A stretch of DNA of 64,000 nucleotides from positions 5,142 through 69,141 of the forward strand of contig JAEELI010000007.1 in the NCBI GenBank assembly GCA_016288795.1, given 5' to 3'. Positions within the stretch are counted from its first letter, which is position 1; every line of letters begins with the position of its first letter. Origin of the DNA: Bacillales bacterium (GTDB taxonomy: Bacteria; Bacillota_I; Bacilli_A; RF39; UBA660). The notes beneath the pieces are model-generated. The model was not told where the DNA came from, searched no databases, and was given only the letters and a program-made list of their open reading frames with translations. The position numbers and the translations under genes are program-made. Below are positions 9,028 to 18,933 of the stretch, in pieces.

Positions 9028-12000
9028 ATGTTAGAGATAAAGAATATAAGTAAAGTATATAAAACTGAAGGCTTTGAACAAAAAGCTCTAGATAAAGTTA
9101 GTATTAACTTTAGAGAGCATGAATTTGCTAGCATATTAGGTCCATCTGGTTCTGGTAAAACTACTTTATTAAATATTCTTGGGGGATTAGATGAATATAC
9201 TTCAGGTGATTTAGTAATCAATGAAATTAGCACTAAAGAGTTCAAAGATAGAGATTGGGATTCATATCGTAATCATAGAGTTGGTTTCATATTTCAAAGT
9301 TATAATCTAATTACCCATCAGACTGTTCTAAAAAATGTTGAACTTGCTTTAACTTTATCTGGTATATCTAAAAACGAAAGAAGAGAGAAAGCAATTAAGG
9401 CTCTTAAGGATGTTGGTTTAGAAAAACATATTAATAAAAAACCAAATCAATTATCTGGTGGACAAATGCAAAGAGTTGCTATTGCTAGAGCCTTAATTAA
9501 TAACCCTGATATTATTTTAGCAGATGAACCAACTGGAGCTTTAGACTCAGAAACTAGTGTGCAAATATTAGAAATTCTCAAAAAAATATCTAAGGAAAAA
9601 TTAGTAATAACAGTAACTCATAATCCAGAATTAGCTGAAAAATATTCTACTAGAATAATTAATATTAAAGATGGAAAAATAATATCTGATTCTAATCCTT
9701 ATGATGGGAAGATTAATACTAGAGAATCAAAAGAAAAAGCGGATATAAAGAATAGAAGAACAAAAATGAGTTTTTTGACAGCTTTGTCTTTGTCATTCAA
9801 TAATTTAATGACTAAAAAAGGAAGAACTTTGTTAGTTTCTGTTGCTGGTTCCATAGGGATAATAGGTATAGCATTAATACTTGCTGTATCTACTGGTTTT
9901 CAAAATTACGTTGATTCTATTCAAGAAGATACTTTAACCTCTTATCCCCTTACAATTCAACAAGAATCAACTGATATAGCAAGCGTTCTTTTATCTATGC
10001 GTGCAGGTTCTAACGAAAAATTGGATAGTAATGAAGTAAAAGAACAACAATATATTACTACAATGCTTTCTAATATTAGAGCTAACGATTTAAAAAGTTT
10101 TAAAAAATATTTAGAAAATAATTATAAAAAAGTAAATAAAGATTTAGCTAATGTTCAGTATTCTTATAGTGTAGATCCAAATATTTACACTATAGACGCA
10201 ACTAACAAAATTGCAAAAATTAATCCTTCAAGAATGTTTAGTTCTATGATGGGAAGTAATAATATAATGAATTCATATTCAAGTATGGCATCTATATTTT
10301 CCCAAATGGTTGATAATAGAGAAGAAATTGAAGATGACTATGAAGTTTTGGCTGGAAGATGGCCTAAAAAATATGATGAAATGTTAGTAGTGTTATCAGA
10401 ACCAAATTCTATATCTGATTTGTTAGTTTATACACTAGGATTTCGTGATACTGAAGAACTTAATAAAATGATTACAAGCATTATGAGTGGAGAAACAGTA
10501 GATGTTAATAATGAACCATTAACACTATCTTATGATGATATAATGAATGTCAATTTAAAATTAATAATGCCATCTGATACATATAAATATAACTCTAAAT
10601 ATGATGTTTATGAAGATATGACTGAAGATGAGAATTATATGAAAAATTTATACAATAATTCTCATAGTTTAAAAATAGTCGGAATAGTATGCGCTAAAGA
10701 AGGAGTGTCTTCTACTGCGTTACGACCAGGTGTTGCATACACATCAGATTTAATTAATCATATTATTGATTACTCAAAAAACACTAATATAGTTAAAAAG
10801 CAAATAGATAAGAATGAAATAGATGTATTTTCTGGTTCTAGATTTGATAATAAGAAAAATGATTTTGATTTTGAATTTAAAGATTTAGTTAAAGTTGATA
10901 ATGCTAAGTTACAAAGTGCCTTTAATGTAAATATTGATCAAAAATCCCTAGAGGAGCAAACGCAAAATTATATGAAACAAATATCTGATTCTATCACTAC
11001 AGATATTACTCCAGCTAAAGAGTTATTTGATAATAATTTAAATAATTTTGCTAAAGGTTTATTAAATACTCTTAGTGGTGAAATAGCTACTAATAATATA
11101 GATAACTTAGTTAATAATTATCTAGAAACTAGTGATGTAGATAGCGCCTTAGCTAATATGGAAAAAAGTTATGTAATTCCTAAAGAAACCTTTAAAACCG
11201 CATATAATGGATTATTAAAAGGTTTATTGCAAGCCTATATTACTGGATATAATACATACATGAAATCAATTAATCCTAATTGGCCAATAGATTCAGATAA
11301 TCCTAAGGCCGTAATTGTTAATGAATTAAAAGAAACAATAGTTTCATCTTATATGAAAAGTGCTCCAATAATTGGAACAAGTGAAAACATGGCAAAGGCT
11401 ATGACTGAAGCGTTAATGAAAAAGACTATATTGACAAAAGTAGGAGAACTAACTGCTAATTTGAGTTCTAGCTTTGCTACGGCCTTTAATGTAGATCCAA
11501 ATAAAATAGCCTCAGCATTTACTCTTAACTTTAGTGAAAATGAACTTGCTAGAGTTGTAAATGCCATGATGAATCCTAATCAAGCCACCCAAAAATCTAA
11601 TCTAATATCTTTAGGATATCAAGATTTAGATGAACCAACATACATTTCATTTTACTTTAATAGTTTTGATGGAAAAGAGCATTTCTTATCGTTTATAGAT
11701 GAATATAATAATGTAGTTAAAGAAGATAAAAGAATTAATTATTCTGATACTACAGGTATTATTATGTCATCAGTTAAAACTATAGTTAATGCTGTAAGTT
11801 ATGTTTTGATTGCCTTTGTTTCTATTTCATTAGTTGTGTCAAGTATTATGATTGGAGTAATAACTTATATATCTGTATATGAAAGGACTAAAGAAATCGG
11901 TATTCTTAGGGCTATCGGAGCTTCTAAAGGAAATATTTCGTCTATATTTAATGCTGAAACATTTATTATTGGCTTATTATCGGGCTTATTTGGTATAGGT

Positions 12001-12198
12001 GTTTCTTATGCTTTAATACCTATAATTAATACTATATTGCATCACTATACTGGAAATATTCCATTATCCGCAACTTTAGCATTTAATCATGCTCTAAGAT
12101 TAATTATTTTAGCTATTATATTAACTTTATTGGGTGGATTAATACCAGCACGTGCAGCATCTAAAAAAGATCCAGTTGAGGCTTTAAGAAGCGAATAA
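9028..12198 (+). CDS. MacB-type ABC transporter, fused ATPase + FtsX-family permease with a large extracytoplasmic domain
   Basis: Walker A GPSGSGKTT, signature LSGGQMQR and Walker B ILADEPT. There is a TM helix at ~aa 270, a ~650-aa extracytoplasmic region and a C-terminal FtsX-like 3-TM bundle. The ORF track starts at TTG 9019; the first ATG is at 9028. Confidence 0.8.
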   Translation: MLEIKNISKVYKTEGFEQKALDKVSINFREHEFASILGPSGSGKTTLLNILGGLDEYTSGDLVINEISTKEFKDRDWDSYRNHRVGFIFQSYNLITHQTVLKNVELALTLSGISKNERREKAIKALKDVGLEKHINKKPNQLSGGQMQRVAIARALINNPDIILADEPTGALDSETSVQILEILKKISKEKLVITVTHNPELAEKYSTRIINIKDGKIISDSNPYDGKINTRESKEKADIKNRRTKMSFLTALSLSFNNLMTKKGRTLLVSVAGSIGIIGIALILAVSTGFQNYVDSIQEDTLTSYPLTIQQESTDIASVLLSMRAGSNEKLDSNEVKEQQYITTMLSNIRANDLKSFKKYLENNYKKVNKDLANVQYSYSVDPNIYTIDATNKIAKINPSRMFSSMMGSNNIMNSYSSMASIFSQMVDNREEIEDDYEVLAGRWPKKYDEMLVVLSEPNSISDLLVYTLGFRDTEELNKMITSIMSGETVDVNNEPLTLSYDDIMNVNLKLIMPSDTYKYNSKYDVYEDMTEDENYMKNLYNNSHSLKIVGIVCAKEGVSSTALRPGVAYTSDLINHIIDYSKNTNIVKKQIDKNEIDVFSGSRFDNKKNDFDFEFKDLVKVDNAKLQSAFNVNIDQKSLEEQTQNYMKQISDSITTDITPAKELFDNNLNNFAKGLLNTLSGEIATNNIDNLVNNYLETSDVDSALANMEKSYVIPKETFKTAYNGLLKGLLQAYITGYNTYMKSINPNWPIDSDNPKAVIVNELKETIVSSYMKSAPIIGTSENMAKAMTEALMKKTILTKVGELTANLSSSFATAFNVDPNKIASAFTLNFSENELARVVNAMMNPNQATQKSNLISLGYQDLDEPTYISFYFNSFDGKEHFLSFIDEYNNVVKEDKRINYSDTTGIIMSSVKTIVNAVSYVLIAFVSISLVVSSIMIGVITYISVYERTKEIGILRAIGASKGNISSIFNAETFIIGLLSGLFGIGVSYALIPIINTILHHYTGNIPLSATLAFNHALRLIILAIILTLLGGLIPARAASKKDPVEALRSE

Positions 12199-12214
12199 TT
12201 GGAGTATATTTAAT

Positions 12215-13654
12215 ATGAAGAAGAATATAATAAAAATTGGTATATTATCTTTAGCCTTAACAGTTATTTCAACTATATTCATTATTACAATGGGTAGAAC
12301 TCATACAGCTACTTTTATTTCTAAATCTAAAAATGATATTTTAATAGTTCAAGATAATAGTATAATTGAAGTTCTTAAAAAAGAAAAAAAAGGTGAAGAA
12401 TATATTGTTAAATTTAAAGGTAAAAAGCCTGGTAGAGTTTTTCTTTTATTAGAAAAAGATGATTATAGTGAAGAAAAACTCTACTATGTTCATAAATCCA
12501 TGGTTATTACTGATAATTCTTATTTTGGATATGCTAGAGGTTCAGAAATAATACCAATTTCTATTTCAATAGTTTTATTATATACATTATACATATTAAT
12601 CCAAAGATATAGAGAAAGTTGTAAAAATAATCTATACCAATATAGAAACGTGGCATATTTAGGTATTATAATATTTTTTGCTAGTTGGACTCTTTCTAAT
12701 ATATTATCATTATTCCATTATCAAGGAGTATATGATACAGTTGATAAAACTATTAATTCTGTGTCACTTATATCATTTTATCTACTTCCCATAGCAATCA
12801 TAACCTTTATATTAGTTACTATAAGTAATATTAGATTAATAAAAAAAGAGGGAGTATCATTTAGAAATATGTTTGGATTATTCTTAGGAATAATCACTTG
12901 CTTGTTACCCTTGGTTCCAGATAGAATGTATAACATTTTATTACAATCTCAGAAGTTTAATATATATAATCTTAATTCACTAGGACCTTACCTATATAAC
13001 TTTATTGAAGCTTTAATATATCTAGTTGTAGCATACCTAGAATGTATATTAATAGGAACAATAGTTATTGCCATTAAATCAGTTAAGAAAAAAGTAGAAC
13101 TTAATAAAGACTATATTATTATTTTAGGTTGTAAAATAAAAAAAGATGGATCATTAACTCCTCTTTTAAAGGGAAGAGTAGATAGAGCTTTAGCTTTTAG
13201 AAACGAACAATTAAAGGAAACAGGAAAAGACTTAATATTTGTTACCTCTGGTGGTAAAGGTGATGATGAAATAATATCTGAAGCTAAAGCAATGAAAGAT
13301 TATTTGATAGAAAATGGAATTAAAGAAAAAAATATTATTTTAGAAAGCAAATCTACTAATACTTATCAAAATATTAAGAATTCTTATAAATTAATTAATA
13401 ATAAAGAAGCAAATGTTGCTTTTGCTACAACTAATTATCATGTTTTTAGAGCTGGTTTGTTAGCAACAGCTCAAGGATTAAAACTAGAAGGCGTCGGTAG
13501 TCCAACTAAAGCTTATTTTTGGATTAATGCCTTCATTCGAGAATTTATTGGAACTCTTTATTCTGAGAGAAAAAAACATATTATTGTATCTGGTATAATA
13601 ATTATAATAATAGCAGTAATGATCTCAATAACATATTTTGCAAATAATATATAG
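12215..13654 (+). CDS. Polytopic membrane protein with C-terminal DUF218 (YdcF/ElyC/SanA-like) domain
   Basis: Multiple TM helices, then DYIIILGC...GRVDRALAF...IFVTSGGKG...ESKSTNTYQN, typical of DUF218. RBS GGAG. Confidence 0.65.
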   Translation: MKKNIIKIGILSLALTVISTIFIITMGRTHTATFISKSKNDILIVQDNSIIEVLKKEKKGEEYIVKFKGKKPGRVFLLLEKDDYSEEKLYYVHKSMVITDNSYFGYARGSEIIPISISIVLLYTLYILIQRYRESCKNNLYQYRNVAYLGIIIFFASWTLSNILSLFHYQGVYDTVDKTINSVSLISFYLLPIAIITFILVTISNIRLIKKEGVSFRNMFGLFLGIITCLLPLVPDRMYNILLQSQKFNIYNLNSLGPYLYNFIEALIYLVVAYLECILIGTIVIAIKSVKKKVELNKDYIIILGCKIKKDGSLTPLLKGRVDRALAFRNEQLKETGKDLIFVTSGGKGDDEIISEAKAMKDYLIENGIKEKNIILESKSTNTYQNIKNSYKLINNKEANVAFATTNYHVFRAGLLATAQGLKLEGVGSPTKAYFWINAFIREFIGTLYSERKKHIIVSGIIIIIIAVMISITYFANNI

Positions 13655-13670
13655 AAATATAGGTGATTTT

Positions 13671-14369
13671 ATGAACAAAATAATAAGAATTAGTATTTTA
13701 ATTAAGATAATTACTATTATCTCTGGTATATACGGTATTATTAGAACATATTTTAGTCCTTTAACGTTTACTTATTGGACTACTTTATCAAATATATTTG
13801 TTATTGTAGTAACATTTATATTTTTAGTTAAAGATTATTATTATTTGAACAATAAAAAGATAGATTTTAGTTCAAAACTTTATATAATTAAATTTCTATC
13901 TGTAATTTCTATTACTTTAACATTTATTGTTTATTTAACCTTATTAGCACCAGTTATGGAAGGTGGAATAATTCATTCTTATCTAGCTAATGGTGCTGGA
14001 GGTTTATTTGTTCATTTTGTGACACCGTTGCTTTCAGTATTAGATTTTTTCCTTTTCGATACTGAATATAAACCTAGTTCAATTCACGCGATATATGCAA
14101 TTATTCCTGCCTTAGTATATGTTTTATTCGTTGTTATAGCGTCTTCTTTAGGTTTAAGATGGGGAACAATGAAAGCACCATATAACTTTTTAAATTACGG
14201 TGCTCCAACTGGTTGGTTTGGTTTTGATTTAAAACAATTCGGATGGGAATCTCTAGGAATTGGAGTATTCTATATGATAATTATATTATCAGTAATATTT
14301 ATCTTAATTGGATTATTATTTCTTTGGCTTAGAAATAATATTAATAATAGAAGGAAAGGTGCAAAATGA
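13671..14369 (+). CDS. Hypothetical polytopic membrane protein
   Basis: 6-7 predicted TM helices with RBS AGGTGA before ATG 13671. The ORF track gives 13638. Confidence 0.5.
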   Translation: MNKIIRISILIKIITIISGIYGIIRTYFSPLTFTYWTTLSNIFVIVVTFIFLVKDYYYLNNKKIDFSSKLYIIKFLSVISITLTFIVYLTLLAPVMEGGIIHSYLANGAGGLFVHFVTPLLSVLDFFLFDTEYKPSSIHAIYAIIPALVYVLFVVIASSLGLRWGTMKAPYNFLNYGAPTGWFGFDLKQFGWESLGIGVFYMIIILSVIFILIGLLFLWLRNNINNRRKGAK

Positions 14370-15031
14370 ATAATATTGAAAAATTAATTAAAGAAAGACA
14401 TTCTGTTCGTAGTTATTTGGATAAAGAAATTGAACTAGATAAAGTTAATGAACTTAATAAATTGATTGAAGAAGCAAATAAAGAGGCAAATTTAAATATT
14501 CAATTAATCTTAAATGATAGGGAAGTATTTGATAAATATGTTCTTCATTATGGTAAAATCAAAAATTGCGCAAACTATATTGCTTTAGTTGGACCAAACG
14601 ATAGTAAATTGCCAGAAAAAGTTGGATATTATGGCGAAAAAATAGTTTTAAAAGCGCAAGAATTGGGCTTAAATACCTGCTGGGTAGCGGGAACATATAA
14701 AAAGAGCGCTGTTAAAGCAACCATAAATAAGTCTGAAAAATTAGTATGCATTATTGCAATAGGCTACGGTGAAACAAATGGAATTACTAGAAGGAGCAAA
14801 ACTATTCAAGACGTTACGGATTCTAAAGAATCTCCAGATTGGTTTAAAAAAGGAATTGAATATGCTTTACTTGCTCCGACTGCAATGAATCAACAAAAGT
14901 TTAAATTCAAGTATATAGGAGATTATGAAGTGAAAGCAATTCCTGGAGTAGGTCCTATGAATAAAATAGACTTAGGTATTGTAAAATATCACTTTGAATT
15001 GGGAGCAAATAAAAAAATAATATGGAAGTAA
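14366..15031 (+). CDS. Nitroreductase family protein
   Basis: RHSVRSY near the N-terminus and the size match the nitroreductase fold. Its start overlaps the upstream stop. Confidence 0.7.
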   Translation: MNNIEKLIKERHSVRSYLDKEIELDKVNELNKLIEEANKEANLNIQLILNDREVFDKYVLHYGKIKNCANYIALVGPNDSKLPEKVGYYGEKIVLKAQELGLNTCWVAGTYKKSAVKATINKSEKLVCIIAIGYGETNGITRRSKTIQDVTDSKESPDWFKKGIEYALLAPTAMNQQKFKFKYIGDYEVKAIPGVGPMNKIDLGIVKYHFELGANKKIIWK

Positions 15032-15112
15032 TGGACTTCCTTTTTTATTTTAAATAATAATTGACAATTTTTTTAATAGCTAATAAAATAACAAATTAAC
15101 TGGAGAATGATT

Positions 15113-16024
15113 ATGGAACTACAAAATAAGAACATTTATAGACTAGATTATATTGGACAAGATATATTTGAATTAAATGATGGGGTATTTAATAAGCATA
15201 GAAAATCTGGATCAATATACATATTTCCTAAGTATACAGAAACAACCGGAACAGGAATGATTAGTAATTTCTGTGATTTTAATGGGTCTCCTTTAAGAGT
15301 GAGATCATTTGAAGATTATGTTGCAATTGAACCGTCAGGAATCATTGTTAAAAATGAAAACATTAACTTAATAAGTTGGGATGACATATACACAGTGGAT
15401 AAAGAAACCATTAGTCCAAGGAATTCTTTAGAGACTAACGAAGTTAGTCTTTGGACATTTGTTGGTAATTATCTAGAATCATTAAGATATACAAAAGATA
15501 TATCTCGTGAAGATATGGAGAGATCTTATTTTGACTTAGTTTTTAATCAATCAGTTGAAGGTAATAAAACTAAAATAAAACCATATGATTTTGTCTGTTT
15601 ATTTGTTGATTATCTAAGTAAAAATGGAATTAAAGATATTGATTTAAATATTCTAAATTCATATTTATATGGTCGATTATTAAAGGGTGAAAGCATTCCA
15701 TACGATAGAGAAACAATTCATAGTCAATTCATTACCTTAATTTACAATGGCATCTTATATTCTGATTATGAAAAATATGGTAAGAGTTTCTCTAAGGCTT
15801 TCATAGACTACTATAATAAAGCAATAGATTGCCATTTTGAGGAAACGCAATATGCTCCTTTAAATTATTTAAAAATAGATGATAGTCCTTTATCAAAGCA
15901 AATTCTTGAAAATAAATATAGAGAAAACTTAGATAATTATTCAATAATTGAAGAATTTGCTGATGATTATTTAGATTTTTATAATTATTACCTAGAATTA
16001 TCATCTAGAAAACAAATAATGTAA
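15113..16024 (+). CDS. Hypothetical protein
   Basis: 303-aa ORF with GGAG 7 nt before ATG 15113. The track start is 15107. Confidence 0.5.
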   Translation: MELQNKNIYRLDYIGQDIFELNDGVFNKHRKSGSIYIFPKYTETTGTGMISNFCDFNGSPLRVRSFEDYVAIEPSGIIVKNENINLISWDDIYTVDKETISPRNSLETNEVSLWTFVGNYLESLRYTKDISREDMERSYFDLVFNQSVEGNKTKIKPYDFVCLFVDYLSKNGIKDIDLNILNSYLYGRLLKGESIPYDRETIHSQFITLIYNGILYSDYEKYGKSFSKAFIDYYNKAIDCHFEETQYAPLNYLKIDDSPLSKQILENKYRENLDNYSIIEEFADDYLDFYNYYLELSSRKQIM

Positions 16025-16035
16025 GTAAAAACTTT

Positions 16036-16062
16036 AGATTGAGTTGGACTCAATCTTTTTTG
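16036..16062 (+). terminator. Rho-independent terminator
   Basis: AGATTGAGTtggACTCAATCTtttttt. Confidence 0.7.
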
Positions 16063-16083
16063 TGATATAATAAGTATGAAAGG

Positions 16084-16497
16084 ATGATGGTAGTGAAAAG
16101 AGTTAGTGCGAGGGGAATTATCATCACAGATAAAGGATTAGCAGTAATTTTTAGAAGAAAGAAAGTTGGAGACACTGTTCGTGAGTATTATGCAATTCCA
16201 GGGGGAGGAGTAGAAGAAGGAGAAAGCATAGAAGAAGCTTTAAAAAGAGAATTATGGGAAGAGTTAGCTATTAAAGTCAATATAAAAGGATTTGCTTTTT
16301 CAATAGAAAACGAATATAGAATTGAATATTATTATAATTGCGAATACATTTCAGGAGATTTCCGACTTAATGGTGAAGAATTAGATAGAATTACTGATGA
16401 CAATTATTATGAACCAACTTTTGTGGATATTAATAATATCGATAAGTATGATATAGTCCCTGAAGTAAAGGATTATTTGAAGGGGGGGTATAAATGA
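16084..16497 (+). CDS. NUDIX hydrolase
   Basis: Nudix box GGGVEEGESIEEALKRELWEELAI. The start is uncertain: ATG 16084, ATG 16087 or GTG 16093. The last has the best RBS spacing. Confidence 0.75.
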   Translation: MMVVKRVSARGIIITDKGLAVIFRRKKVGDTVREYYAIPGGGVEEGESIEEALKRELWEELAIKVNIKGFAFSIENEYRIEYYYNCEYISGDFRLNGEELDRITDDNYYEPTFVDINNIDKYDIVPEVKDYLKGGYK

Positions 16498-16859
16498 AAA
16501 TATATATTGCTCATTCAAGAGGTTTTGATTATACAAATGAATTATATAAACCAATAAAGTCTATAAAAACTAACCATGAAATTATTTTCCCTCATGATGG
16601 AATTGGAAATTCAAACAATCCAAGAGATTTCTATGATAGTATTGATTTAATAATTGCAGAATGCAGTTATCCATCAACTGGATTAGGTATAGAGTTGGGA
16701 TTTGCTTTTGATACTAAAATACCAATATATTGCTTATATAAAAATGGGAAGAAAATTAGTTCTTCTCTAAAAAGTGTATCAAATAATTTTTATGAATATA
16801 GTGATTCAAAAGAAATGATTAATTATATAGTAAAAATAATTACAAATTTTAAAGATTAA
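16494..16859 (+). CDS. Nucleoside 2-deoxyribosyltransferase-like protein
   Basis: IYIAHS...IDLIIAECSYPSTGLGIELGFAF matches the N-deoxyribosyltransferase/Rcl-like fold signature. Translationally coupled to the Nudix gene. Confidence 0.6.
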   Translation: MKIYIAHSRGFDYTNELYKPIKSIKTNHEIIFPHDGIGNSNNPRDFYDSIDLIIAECSYPSTGLGIELGFAFDTKIPIYCLYKNGKKISSSLKSVSNNFYEYSDSKEMINYIVKIITNFKD

Positions 16860-16961
16860 TATTTAAGTAATATAATATTTTTATCTTTAAAACGATATTT
16901 TTTTCGTCTTATGACAACTCGAAACACGATTTGCATCCATAATAGCTATAAAATAAGAATA

Positions 16962-16999
16962 AAGAATAGTTGAACAACTAGTAAAACTATTCTTTTTTG
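16962..16999 (+). terminator. Rho-independent terminator
   Basis: AAGAATAGTT-13 nt loop-AACTATTCTT plus tttttg. Confidence 0.65.
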
Positions 17000-17010
17000 A
17001 TATAATAGAT

Positions 17011-17370
17011 ATGAGGTTGGTTTATATGGCTATGAATTTTAAGAAACATTTTCAAAGAAAAATGACTTATATACCTAAAGATATTGCAACTAAACACAAG
17101 CATAATTATGTTGAGCATTTTATCTTAGAAATTACTAATAAAAATATTCATGCTACAGCTAATTGTTATAATACTAAAGAATATTATGAAGTCTTAAAGT
17201 GTGATAATTGTGATTCTTTTATTCCTAATTCTAAAGATGGTAATTTTTCTGGAATTATATTTGATGATAACTATAATAAAGAAATTCCTTTAATAACTGC
17301 TAATACAAACATGAAAGGCCCAGCTTATAACTTTGATAATCTTTATGATATCGTAATAAAAAAGAAATGA
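17011..17370 (+). CDS. Hypothetical protein (possibly the N-terminal part of a disrupted gene)
   Basis: 119-aa ORF with RBS GAGG. It is immediately followed, in another frame, by an HD-domain C-terminal fragment. Confidence 0.35.
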   Translation: MRLVYMAMNFKKHFQRKMTYIPKDIATKHKHNYVEHFILEITNKNIHATANCYNTKEYYEVLKCDNCDSFIPNSKDGNFSGIIFDDNYNKEIPLITANTNMKGPAYNFDNLYDIVIKKK

Positions 17371-17371
17371 G

Positions 17372-17566
17372 ATGATTTTTGCTAAAATTTTAAGAGATGC
17401 TGACAAATTAGATAATTTTGGAGTAAAGTTGGAAGAAAAAATAAGTGATATATTTCCCGGAATAGTAAATAATATCGATGATATAGAAAATAGCAAATTA
17501 TCTATTAAAGATAATTATGAATTTGTAAGTGAAAATCAATTGAAAAAAAGCGGAACAATTTCTTAA
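17372..17566 (+). pseudogene. HD-domain phosphohydrolase C-terminal fragment (likely a gene remnant)
   Basis: ILRDADKLDNFG is a typical HD-domain C-terminal motif. The ORF is only 64 aa and no HxxHD region is present upstream. Confidence 0.35.
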
Positions 17567-17633
17567 TCTCTTTAATTGAAGGTTTAATTATTATATGTTA
17601 TATTTAATATATATAATTAAGGAGATGTAAAAA

Positions 17634-18047
17634 ATGAAAAGATTTATTGGATTAATAGTAGGTATAATCTTTATATTAGCTGGATGTTTCTTGTTTTTTC
17701 AAACTAAGAATTTAAAAAAGAATTGCACAGTTGAGACTGAAGCTATTGTGGTAGATATTGAAGAAGAAGTTACTTCTGATGAAGATGGAATGAATTATCT
17801 TTATTATCCAGTTATAGAGTATAAAGCTGGGGGTGAAAACATAAGAATTAGAATGTCCGAAGGTTCTAATCCATCTCCATATAGTATTAGTGATAAAATT
17901 ACAATTCTATATAATCCAAAAAACCATAAGCAATATATCAAAAAGGGGGAAAAATCTTCAACTGTGATAAGTATTGTATTTATGTCACTTGGAGCTCTAG
18001 TAACTGTCTATGGAATAAAAATGGCTTTAAGTAAAAATGAGGGATAA
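17634..18047 (+). CDS. DUF3592-like small membrane protein
   Basis: N-terminal and C-terminal TM helices flank a ~90-aa domain. RBS AAGGAG. Confidence 0.45.
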   Translation: MKRFIGLIVGIIFILAGCFLFFQTKNLKKNCTVETEAIVVDIEEEVTSDEDGMNYLYYPVIEYKAGGENIRIRMSEGSNPSPYSISDKITILYNPKNHKQYIKKGEKSSTVISIVFMSLGALVTVYGIKMALSKNEG

Positions 18048-18049
18048 GA

Positions 18050-18925
18050 ATGAATGATGTCATAGTTAGATTAAAGCATTTAAAAAAGTATTATGGTTCT
18101 GCAAGGGGTATTAAAGATGTTTCATTAAATATCCATAAGGGGGAAATATATGGTTTTATTGGGCCAAATGGCTCTGGTAAATCTACCACCATTAGAACTA
18201 TTATGGGATTAATCAATAAAACTGATGGTGATATATATATTAATGGAGTTAAGCTAGATGGAGAATCTATTGAGATTAAAAAGATTATTGGATATCTTCC
18301 GAGTGAAATAAACCTTTATGATGATATGACTGTTAAACAAGCACTTGATTATCATGAGCTGTTTTATAATAAAGATTTAAAGAAAAGAAGAAATGAACTA
18401 GTTAAATTATTAAAGATTGATGAAAATAAAAGAATCGAAGATTTATCTTTAGGCAATTTGAAAAAAGTAGGCATAGTTCTAGCATTAATGCATGAACCAG
18501 AGATTCTTATCTTAGATGAACCAACTAGTGGACTTGATCCAATTATGCAAAGTATATTTCATGAAATTTTAATAAAAGAAAAAGAAAAAGGAACAACGAT
18601 TTTATATTCATCTCACGTCTTAAGTGAAGTGTCTAGTATATGCGATACAATTGGTTTTATCAAAGATGGAGTAGTAATAAAAGAGGATTCAATAGATAAT
18701 ATTAAAAAAGATAATTATACTTATTTAAAAATTACTACAAAAGAGATTGATAAAGTAAAAAAAGAATTGAATCTTAAAATTATTAAAGAATCTAATAATG
18801 AAATAGTTTTACTAAATACTATGAATATTAACGAACTTATAGATAAATTATCAAAAATAAATATAGATAGATTACTAATAGAAGAAATTCCTTTAGAAGA
18901 TTTATTTATGAACTATTATAAGTAG
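18050..18925 (+). CDS. ABC transporter ATP-binding protein
   Basis: Walker A GPNGSGKST, signature LSLGNLKK and Walker B ILILDEPTSGLD. Confidence 0.85.
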   Translation: MNDVIVRLKHLKKYYGSARGIKDVSLNIHKGEIYGFIGPNGSGKSTTIRTIMGLINKTDGDIYINGVKLDGESIEIKKIIGYLPSEINLYDDMTVKQALDYHELFYNKDLKKRRNELVKLLKIDENKRIEDLSLGNLKKVGIVLALMHEPEILILDEPTSGLDPIMQSIFHEILIKEKEKGTTILYSSHVLSEVSSICDTIGFIKDGVVIKEDSIDNIKKDNYTYLKITTKEIDKVKKELNLKIIKESNNEIVLLNTMNINELIDKLSKINIDRLLIEEIPLEDLFMNYYK

Positions 18926-18933
18926 GTGAAAAT

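Noticed and set aside
16084-16497. Nudix gene as part of a phage-defence NDT/Nudix system
   Set aside because: There is no additional effector (TIR, SIR2, nuclease, ATPase) or sensor gene nearby. The pair is equally consistent with housekeeping nucleotide sanitation, so it is only noted as a low-interest finding.
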